Shown here: positions 31,661 through 37,623 of the stretch, in pieces
Numbering within the stretch: position 1 is the first letter of the stretch
Layout: every line of letters begins with the position of its first letter
DNA from: a virus
Length of the DNA stretch: 37,623 bases
Strand: one strand, 5' to 3'
IMG/VR virus record: IMGVR_UViG_3300047160_000628
Coordinates: 1-37,623 of that record
Notes under the pieces: generated by a model
Databases searched by the model: none
The model's input: only the letters and a program-made list of their open reading frames with translations
What the model was told of the DNA's origin: nothing
Translations under genes and position numbers: made by a program

Positions 31661-31966
31661 TCATCGCATCAGCCCCTTGGTCCACGCCTCGTCAGACGCC
31701 AGCTCCATGATCAGTCCCAGCAGCGGGACGCCCCGAATGATCCCCACGATCTCGGCAAGTGACTGCGGGTCCACGCTGGCCAGTGCCGCTGCGACCATGA
31801 AGCCCGACAGCCACGCAGCCTGTGACGTGTCAGCCACCACATCGGGGCCGGTGGTGTAGGCAGTCGTCACCTCGGCCACCACCTGCATGGTGCCCACCAG
31901 ATCATTCACGCGCCTGTCACGTGATGCGGCCTCGGCAAGCAGGGCATCCATCACACTCATGGCCAT
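31661..31966 (-). CDS. Hypothetical protein (about 100 aa) with two moderately hydrophobic segments
   Basis: Track ORF. AGGAG directly abuts the first ATG, so the ATG at 31960 is probably the true start. The hydrophobic segments are AAWLSGFMVAAALASV and IVGIIRGVPLLGLIMEL. Confidence 0.5.
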   Translation of the reverse strand: MAMSVMDALLAEAASRDRRVNDLVGTMQVVAEVTTAYTTGPDVVADTSQAAWLSGFMVAAALASVDPQSLAEIVGIIRGVPLLGLIMELASDEAWTKGLMR

Positions 31967-32105
31967 CTCCTATCGTCCGTCCCCGTCGCTGTGGGGTCAG
32001 CGTCCGGGCCAGCCTCGTGCGTTCCACATCGTCCCCGACGCGCCTTGCAGTGCGTCGGGCCACGCAGTACTTGCACGCACGGCCAGCCCAGACCGCGACA
32101 GCCTA
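31967..32105 (-). promoter_or_regulatory. Variant regulatory cassette: AAGTACTGC box, hairpin, single CAGCGAC, SD
   Basis: In minus sense: AAGTACTGC (32072..32064), an 8-bp hairpin cccgacgc (32034..32041) / gcgtcggg (32052..32059), CAGCGAC (31991..31985), then AGGAG-ATG. The -35 position is degenerate (GTGGCC). Confidence 0.4.
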
Positions 32106-32582
32106 TCACGCCCAGTCCACCCCCATCCCGGCCACCAGCACACTGGCACCGGGCGATCCCGGCAGCGGGCTGTACTCGGCCCACGACTTCCGACAGGTGA
32201 GTTCGACCACCTGCTTGTCATCGAGCACCAGAACGCCTGTCAGGGCATCCAGCAGCGCCCGCGCCAGCTTGTCGATGTCAGGCGTCGTGGCCGGGTACTT
32301 CGGGGCGCTTGGCTTGACTGTCCCGCGTGCCCCGAAGTGGTCCCGTGGCCGCACCATGTACCACGTGGCATGCACCTGCACTGGCCCCTGAAACGGGCTT
32401 TTCCGCTCCGATCTGGCGGCTGCGGCTATCGCAGTCCGCCAGTCGCCCAGCGCCCGTGGGGCAGTGTGCAGAACTCGAGCGTGCCCGCCCCTGACGACCG
32501 CCCGCATCGACCCCTGCCCCACCGGCAGCCCCTGACAGAAGAACTGGACTGCGCCCGGCAGGTCCACCACGGGCGCGATCAT
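32106..32582 (-). CDS. rusA: RusA-family Holliday junction resolvase
   Basis: The motif PDIDKLARALLDALTGVLVLDDKQVVEL matches the RusA catalytic region. ATG at 32582 (MIAPVVDL) gives an ATGA overlap with the upstream stop. Confidence 0.7.
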   Translation of the reverse strand: MIAPVVDLPGAVQFFCQGLPVGQGSMRAVVRGGHARVLHTAPRALGDWRTAIAAAARSERKSPFQGPVQVHATWYMVRPRDHFGARGTVKPSAPKYPATTPDIDKLARALLDALTGVLVLDDKQVVELTCRKSWAEYSPLPGSPGASVLVAGMGVDWA

Positions 32583-32941
32583 CGCCCTGCCCTCGCAGCC
32601 GAGACCTCGGCTGGCGTGGCGATATGGTCCTCGTAGTACATGCCCGTGGCGACGCAGCGCCACAGCCACATTCCGGCCCCATCCCACTTGATGTGCAGGT
32701 ACAGCGGGGCGTCAGAATCACGGCAGTCCGCCACGTGCTGGTGGAAGACAGATGGCGCCACGGGATCGTGCCCACGCGCCACGCGGGCAGCCCACGCAGC
32801 CGCCCACGGTCCCGGCGCCCGGCTGATGGGCTGCACCACGGCCATTCCGGGCCACTCGCCCAGCCACGTGTACGCCCAGCGATCCGGGAACTCTGTCCGC
32901 TGATCCGGGGCCACCACGTCATTCTCGCCAGTCATCGTCAT
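32579..32941 (-). CDS. Hypothetical protein
   Basis: Track ORF 32579..33010. The start is the ATG at 32941 or 32935, after GGGGAG (the same GGAGATGACGATG arrangement as at 6972). Confidence 0.5.
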   Translation of the reverse strand: MTMTGENDVVAPDQRTEFPDRWAYTWLGEWPGMAVVQPISRAPGPWAAAWAARVARGHDPVAPSVFHQHVADCRDSDAPLYLHIKWDGAGMWLWRCVATGMYYEDHIATPAEVSAARAGR

Positions 32942-33215
32942 CTCCCCACAGACTGAGTTGGTCCACCACGTAAGACGGGTCCGTGACCAGCCTGTACTGC
33001 CACCGACCACCGTACAGCGGATTGGGGCGTCGCTGGATGATCAGCCCCTCATCGCGCAGTTCCCGAAGCCGCCGCAGTCCCTCGAGCCCGCCCACGGCAG
33101 GACCGCTGAACTGCTCCCCATCGATCCACGCATTCGCAGACGCGAAGAGGATCTCGCGCACCTTCTCGCGCAGGGCGGCTGCGGCAGGCGTCCCACCGAA
33201 GCCACCACGACTCAT
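32919..33215 (-). CDS. Hypothetical protein, possibly a winged-helix DNA-binding protein
   Basis: Track ORF with an ATGA overlap to the exonuclease stop. The segment LEGLRRLRELRDEGLIIQRRPNPLYGGRWQYRLV looks wHTH-like. Confidence 0.4.
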   Translation of the reverse strand: MSRGGFGGTPAAAALREKVREILFASANAWIDGEQFSGPAVGGLEGLRRLRELRDEGLIIQRRPNPLYGGRWQYRLVTDPSYVVDQLSLWGDDDDWRE

Positions 33216-34069
33216 GACGCAGCCCTCGCTTTCGCCTTCCCCTTGCGTGACGCCACCCTGACATCATCCGCCCGCTCGTGACTGCGCATCCACGTGGCGA
33301 AGGTCAGCAGACCCCGGTACGCATCCCACGTCTGGCGATCCGACCTGATCACATCGAACTCCCAGCCTTCCTCGGACAGGTGCAGGATCGCGATGCCGTC
33401 CACCTTCTGAAGCAGCCCGGTCAGCGCATCGTCCACCACATCGTCCGCCCCCACGAACTCTGCCATGAGATACGCGATCAGTTGCAGCGCGTGCTCCCCG
33501 TAGATGGACTTCCCGGTCTTCAGGTCCACCAGCCATATCTCACCCTGAGGCATGCGCACCAGCAGGTCCGCAGTCCCGGCATAGCCCACCGTCAGATTCC
33601 AGCACTGGAACTCTGACGCCAGCACGACCGCCCGCGACTCGTCGAGCCAGTCATGGAAGTGCGCCAGCCGGGACCGCATCTCGGGCGACACACCCGGATG
33701 ATCCAGCGGCAGGTCCTTCGCTGCCGCGTCATGGACCGACGTTCCCAGCCGGGCAGCCGCATCCCGCTCGGCTGTCGCAGCCGCGCGCAGGTCCGACCTG
33801 ATCAGCGTGAGCGCAGCCTCCTTCTCGACCTGACCGGGAATGATGAAGGCCTGCATGATGTCCGGGGCGCGGGCCATCGCTGCCTCGATCACCCGGCTGA
33901 TCTGCCACTGATGAAGGCCATGGGGCAGCCCTGCCAGCCTTCGGATCGTCGTGACAGACGGATACTCATTCCCGCGCCATGTGTAGAAGCGCAGCCCCGT
34001 GCCGGGGATCGTCCTCGCATTGCGGGGTCCGGTCTGGATCAGGACCTCAGGCATTGCGCTCACCAGCAT
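33212..34069 (-). CDS. PD-(D/E)XK exonuclease (RecB/Cas4-like, no Fe-S cysteines)
   Basis: Motifs are GTSVHD, GYAGTADLLV, WLVDLKTGK and HALQLIAYL. An alternative start is the ATG at 34054. Confidence 0.65.
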   Translation of the reverse strand: MLVSAMPEVLIQTGPRNARTIPGTGLRFYTWRGNEYPSVTTIRRLAGLPHGLHQWQISRVIEAAMARAPDIMQAFIIPGQVEKEAALTLIRSDLRAAATAERDAAARLGTSVHDAAAKDLPLDHPGVSPEMRSRLAHFHDWLDESRAVVLASEFQCWNLTVGYAGTADLLVRMPQGEIWLVDLKTGKSIYGEHALQLIAYLMAEFVGADDVVDDALTGLLQKVDGIAILHLSEEGWEFDVIRSDRQTWDAYRGLLTFATWMRSHERADDVRVASRKGKAKARAAS

Positions 34070-34271
34070 CGATCAGTTCCGCCAAGGCCTCGGGCGTGAT
34101 CCTGACGGAGCGCCCGATCCTCACTGATCTGATCATCCCACTGGACGCCATCGCATATGCCTGTGGGCGTGACACCCGGAGAATGTCTGCCATGTCCGGG
34201 CACGTCAGAAGGGCGCCCCTCGGACGACCCTTCGCCATGGACCACTTCTGGATCAATTCCAGCGATGTCAT
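34047..34271 (-). CDS. Excisionase-family / MerR-like HTH DNA-binding protein
   Basis: LTCPDMADILRVSRPQAYAMASSGMIRSVRIGRSVRITPEALAELI matches the Xis-type HTH pattern. ATGA overlap with the primase stop. Confidence 0.6.
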   Translation of the reverse strand: MTSLELIQKWSMAKGRPRGALLTCPDMADILRVSRPQAYAMASSGMIRSVRIGRSVRITPEALAELIDAGERNA

Positions 34272-36766
34272 TCGGCTGTCCCCTCACGATCTGAGCAGAC
34301 CTCGCACCACGGGTCCGTGGTCACGTCCCGATGCGCAGTCTGATGCGGTCTGAAGTAGTGGCACCAGATGGTGCCATCAGTACGTCTACCAATACCGTCT
34401 ACATCATCAACGTGCACCCTTTCTGCACTATCCGTGCGACTATCGTGCACCTTTCGTGCAGGCTGATCTGATCGTGAACTTGGGCTTTCGTGCATATCGT
34501 GCACTGGTGTGGCGTCATCTGGGGTGGGGGGTCGCGCGGGCGCGCGAGGTGCACGAAAGGTCGGATCGTCGGGTGGCGGGGCAACGCGTGCGCGGGCGCG
34601 CGCCTCTGCGCGGGGGGCCACAGCGACCAGCACCGTCAGGGGTCGCCCGCCTGTCTGCCGGACCACGACCTGTGCCAGTCCCAGCCGGACCAACTCATCC
34701 TTCGCGGCCTCCCTTCGCAGCGGGTCCCGGATCGCATGCTGCGTCACCCAGTTGGCTGTCAGCCCATCCGGCTGCATCCGCAGCCTGCGCAGCAGCAACT
34801 GCGCATCGGGGTTCCCGACGATGGGTCCAAAGACCCACGGGATACCGCGTCGGGCGTACTGCGTCAGGGCCAGCGCCCGGTCCAGATGCACCGTGCCCAC
34901 CGATCCCGCCTGATCCACTGCCGCATGCACCAGCGCGATCCGCAGCGCCATGGTGGCCAGCCGGGGCGACAGGTCGGCCTCCTGCCCGATGCTATTCGCC
35001 CCGATCCAATCTGAGTACTCTGTCAGTCTGGATGTCACAGCAGCGTCCAGCGGCAGGGGCGTGGCCCAGTGTGCCTCGGCGCTGTGCCGGGCGCCTAGCA
35101 GGGCTGTGGTCAGGTCTGGCGGCAGCACGGGCGTGCCACCATCCGTGGCCACATCCCGCCGCATGACCGGCAGGTACAGCCACCGATTGCCAGACCCGGA
35201 CTTGATCGCCCCGCCCTCGATCCTGTCGCGCAGTTCCGTGGGCGTGATCGCCACCAGTGCGGGGAGCCAGTAGGGTGCCTCGACCACCTTATTCGAAGCG
35301 GACTTGTGCTGCGCCAGCACGTCCATGTCGAAGGCCTGTCGCATGTACTGGTCCAGCGTCGCGCCCTCGCGCTGGCGCGTCGCCAGCATCCGGGCGAACT
35401 CCTCCTCCCAGATCAGCGCCACCACCTGTGCATCCGGGGTCCCGTCCGGGCGCTGTCGGGCCAGCGCGGACACCAGCCCCTCGCCTGACGCCAGCCCGGA
35501 CAGCAGCAGCCGATTGACCACCGATCTGCCCAGCGCCAGTCCCAGTGCGATCCGTGCCCGATTCATGGCCGTGCCCTTGCGCCCGATGGCAGACGGTCCG
35601 ACCAGACAGATGTACGGGCTGGTGGTCACCTCGCGATTCCAGAAGGTCTGTCGCGGGATCAGCGCGCCTGCCAGCGCGATCAGCGATCCCAGCATGCCCA
35701 CCCGGCTGGCATCCGTGCCGTCGCTGATCACATCCAGCACGGCGCCCAGAGTTCCGCCGAAGGCCTCGGCGTCAGGATCAGCCGGGAACGCCTCATCGTC
35801 CAGATTGATGGTCCATCCGGGGTCCTCGCCATCCTGCCGACGCTGGCGGGCGCTGGGGGCCGTATCGATCCCGCGCGGCTCGCCCAGCCGTCCGGCCATG
35901 TCGGACACGCACCTGTCGAAGCGCTGCCGCAGTTCGAGATCCGACAGGGGCGTCTCGAAGCGTGGCGCCAGCACCATGACCACCTGCGCCCACATCTCGT
36001 CCGTGGACAGCCTCCGGTTGTACAGGTGCGCCGTGTAGTCCCGGATAGCGTCGTACCGTGCCCCGGACGCCACGCGATCCGGCAGGTGGTACGCGCCCTC
36101 CTCAATCGTGATGTCCACCCCGCCGTCAGCCGCCTGTGCCCCTGTGCGCCCGCCAGATGGCATCAGCGCGGCGTTCGCCCATGCGGCTGGCAGTACGGCC
36201 ACCTCGAACGCAGACTCGGGCGCAGGGGCGTACACGTGGCCGCTGGGATGCACGGACCGTGGCCCGATCACGTACCCGGCCCCGCGTCCCGATCCCCAGC
36301 GCGTGACCATGCCGAACATCTCGCCCAGCGGGCGGGGCAGATCGTCCGGCCACCTGAAGAAGATATGCTCCCCGTGTGCCGTGACCGTGCGCAGCGTGGG
36401 CGGCAGCGGTCCGTACTTGGCTTCCATGTCTGCCATCTGGTCCTGCCAGCCCGGCGCGTCCGCGTCCCACGCGAAGACGCCATCCGGGCAGACCAGCCCG
36501 TAGTTCGGCTCCGATCCTGCCGACAGCAGCCGCCTGATCCTGTCCGGGTCCCGCGTGGCGTCCTTGAAGCCATTCGCTGTGACCGGATGCTTGCCGGGGG
36601 TCGGGCAGGTCCGCTCCAGTGGGCACCTGCATGTCCCGTCCGGGTCCGTGGACCAGACCGTGAAGATCCCGAACTCGCGGGCAGCGAACCACAGGGCAGC
36701 CCTGATCCGGTCCTCGACCGTCGGGCGCTCTGGCATCACTGCCACGACCATCATCCCCTCATGCAC
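34268..36766 (-). CDS. Bifunctional primase-polymerase (Prim-Pol) / DUF3987-like helicase
   Basis: The N-terminal CPTPGKHPVTANGFKDATRDPD matches the Prim-Pol domain. The central segment CLVGPSAIGRKGTAM is P-loop-like. The ORF is 832 aa, and which of the clustered ATGs is the start is uncertain. Confidence 0.7.
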   Translation of the reverse strand: MHEGMMVVAVMPERPTVEDRIRAALWFAAREFGIFTVWSTDPDGTCRCPLERTCPTPGKHPVTANGFKDATRDPDRIRRLLSAGSEPNYGLVCPDGVFAWDADAPGWQDQMADMEAKYGPLPPTLRTVTAHGEHIFFRWPDDLPRPLGEMFGMVTRWGSGRGAGYVIGPRSVHPSGHVYAPAPESAFEVAVLPAAWANAALMPSGGRTGAQAADGGVDITIEEGAYHLPDRVASGARYDAIRDYTAHLYNRRLSTDEMWAQVVMVLAPRFETPLSDLELRQRFDRCVSDMAGRLGEPRGIDTAPSARQRRQDGEDPGWTINLDDEAFPADPDAEAFGGTLGAVLDVISDGTDASRVGMLGSLIALAGALIPRQTFWNREVTTSPYICLVGPSAIGRKGTAMNRARIALGLALGRSVVNRLLLSGLASGEGLVSALARQRPDGTPDAQVVALIWEEEFARMLATRQREGATLDQYMRQAFDMDVLAQHKSASNKVVEAPYWLPALVAITPTELRDRIEGGAIKSGSGNRWLYLPVMRRDVATDGGTPVLPPDLTTALLGARHSAEAHWATPLPLDAAVTSRLTEYSDWIGANSIGQEADLSPRLATMALRIALVHAAVDQAGSVGTVHLDRALALTQYARRGIPWVFGPIVGNPDAQLLLRRLRMQPDGLTANWVTQHAIRDPLRREAAKDELVRLGLAQVVVRQTGGRPLTVLVAVAPRAEARARARVAPPPDDPTFRAPRAPARPPTPDDATPVHDMHESPSSRSDQPARKVHDSRTDSAERVHVDDVDGIGRRTDGTIWCHYFRPHQTAHRDVTTDPWCEVCSDREGTAE

Positions 36767-36778
36767 TGCGGGTGGGGG

Positions 36779-36815
36779 CAGGCGGGCGCCGTGCTGGTAC
36801 TACGGCACCCGCCTG
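36779..36815 (-). terminator. 14-bp hairpin between the SSB-like gene and the primase gene
   Basis: caggcgggcgccgt (36779..36792) pairs with acggcacccgcctg (36802..36815), with one G-U wobble in minus-sense RNA and a 9-nt loop. Confidence 0.4.
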
Positions 36816-36839
36816 AAGTAACATGGGCGCTAGAACCGC

Positions 36840-37376
36840 CTAGAACGGCAGATTGTCGTCCCGCTGGGGTGCAGCAGCCGCAGCGCGTGCGCGCCCGCCC
36901 TGTGCCCCGCTGGTGGCCGCTGGGCGCGACTGCGCGGCAGCCGGGACGTGCGCAGGCTGGCGATCACTGAAGGCCTGCGCCTGCACGGCATGCTGCATCC
37001 CCTCCGGGATCGCGCTGAGGGTCTTGATGCGCGGCCAGCCGCGATCATTCTTCTCGACCGTCCCGATGGCCACCCGGCCCAGTAGCACGTCCGTGTTGAA
37101 TGACGCCCCGATCTCCGGGCTGCGCCCGCCCGCCAGCGCGCTGATCCATGCGTACATCTTCGAGCGCGGGGACGTGGCCGTGGACGTGCTGTCCTGAATC
37201 TCGGTGTCAAAGTAGTCCCCGTCGTAGACCGTGAAGGTCCACTCGAGGATGTCCTTCGGACCGTCCACCGTATCGATGGTCTTCGGCCCCTCGCACTTGG
37301 TCAGCACCAGCGTGTAGACGCCATCCGGCAGGTCCGTCGCGCCCAGTGCGCCCTGCGTGATCGTGATATCAGGCAT
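36840..37376 (-). CDS. Single-stranded DNA-binding protein (DUF669 / T7 gp2.5-like) with an SSB-type acidic tail
   Basis: The likely start is the ATG at 37376 (MPDITITQG), with GAAGGAAA upstream. LPDGVYTLVLTKCE is DUF669-like. The C-terminus ...PQRDDNLPF mimics the DDDIPF tail of bacterial SSB. The track ORF extends to 37544. Confidence 0.6.
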   Translation of the reverse strand: MPDITITQGALGATDLPDGVYTLVLTKCEGPKTIDTVDGPKDILEWTFTVYDGDYFDTEIQDSTSTATSPRSKMYAWISALAGGRSPEIGASFNTDVLLGRVAIGTVEKNDRGWPRIKTLSAIPEGMQHAVQAQAFSDRQPAHVPAAAQSRPAATSGAQGGRARAAAAAPQRDDNLPF

Positions 37377-37432
37377 CTGACTCGTTTCCTTCTGTCTGGG
37401 ATCGCATTTGATGTGACACGTCTGTATCGCCA

Positions 37433-37623
37433 TTATTCCATAGGCGTCTCCTCGCGGGCGAGGCGGGCGTATTCCTCGACGACCTCCGGGGCATGCAGGT
37501 CCATGCCCATGCAGTCGTCGTGCCATTGGGCTCGAAGTGCCCACGCCAGCCGGTTCACGTCCAGCGCGGCGGCCTCGGCCTCGATGTCCGCGCGGATGGC
37601 GGCGAAGGTGCGGGTCGGTTCGC
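37433..37623 (-). CDS. 3' part of the same wrap-around hypothetical gene, ending in TAA at 37433..37435
   Basis: The frame continues from the repeat: ...LRAQWHDDCMGMDLHAPEVVEEYARLAREETPME then TAA. Bases 37527..37623 duplicate 1..97. Confidence 0.6.
   Translation of the reverse strand, partial: EPTRTFAAIRADIEAEAAALDVNRLAWALRAQWHDDCMGMDLHAPEVVEEYARLAREETPME
37527..37623. repeat. Right copy of the 97-bp direct terminal repeat
   Basis: Identical to bases 1..97. Confidence 0.9.

Noticed and set aside
31557-31685. The N-terminal 43 codons of track ORF 31260..31685.
   Set aside because: Their third codon positions are T-rich, unlike the rest of the genome. The overlapping 31-aa frame has a GGAGG site and high GC3.
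37377-37544. The N-terminal extension of track ORF 36840..37544.
   Set aside because: It runs through the stop of the upstream wrap-around gene and through the comparatively AT-rich gap. The ATG at 37376 has a purine-rich RBS, and the protein reads sensibly from MPDITITQG.
37527-37623. The 97-bp end repeat as a functional direct terminal repeat or att-like site.
   Set aside because: It lies in the middle of a continuous coding frame and has no distinguishing sequence features, so an assembly overlap of a circular map is the simpler reading. Only terminus mapping can settle this.
1-37623. A search for tRNA genes, an integrase, an immunity repressor, a DNA polymerase, toxin-antitoxin pairs or a reverse transcriptase.
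   Set aside because: I recognised no cloverleaf-like segment in the few non-coding gaps (all under 160 nt and occupied by hairpins or cassettes). No ORF carries the corresponding catalytic motifs. This absence is judged by eye only.

Overview
The window is a complete, circularly closed genome of a high-GC tailed phage. Its first 97 bases are identical to its last 97, which leaves 37,526 unique bp. The virion genes look siphovirus-like: HK97-fold capsid, tape measure, tail-chaperone -1 frameshift and no sheath gene.

Every gene I can support (about 55) is on the minus strand. Packing is tight, with more than 20 ATGA/GTGA four-base stop-start overlaps. The long plus-strand ORFs look like antisense shadows.

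Reading the minus strand from high to low coordinates:
- Replication and recombination: an SSB-like protein with a DDNLPF tail, Prim-Pol/helicase, an Xis-like HTH, a PD-(D/E)XK exonuclease and RusA.
- Lysis: small genes, a GH25 endolysin and a 2-TM holin.
- Packaging: TerS, TerL, three tiny ORFs, and a portal fused to ParB-like and MuF-like domains.
- Head: a protease/scaffold and the major capsid protein.
- A five-gene glycosylation cassette.
- Connector, neck and tail genes: major tail protein, G/GT chaperones, tape measure, minor tail proteins and a fibre.
- An early region of small genes separated by repeated regulatory cassettes.
- A final operon: a PLP enzyme, a 2-hydroxyacid-dehydrogenase-like protein, a DNA methyltransferase and three small genes. 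The last of these wraps across the window junction.

The most interesting items are:
- the glycosylation cassette inside the virion operon, which includes a cytidylyltransferase and a Maf-like protein;
- the PLP enzyme plus dehydrogenase pair;
- the portal-ParB-MuF fusion;
- the intergenic promoter/hairpin/CAGCGAC cassettes;
- several short coding frames that are absent from the ORF track.

I saw no tRNA, CRISPR array, integrase or repressor. All functional calls rest on motifs I recognised by eye; no database search was run.
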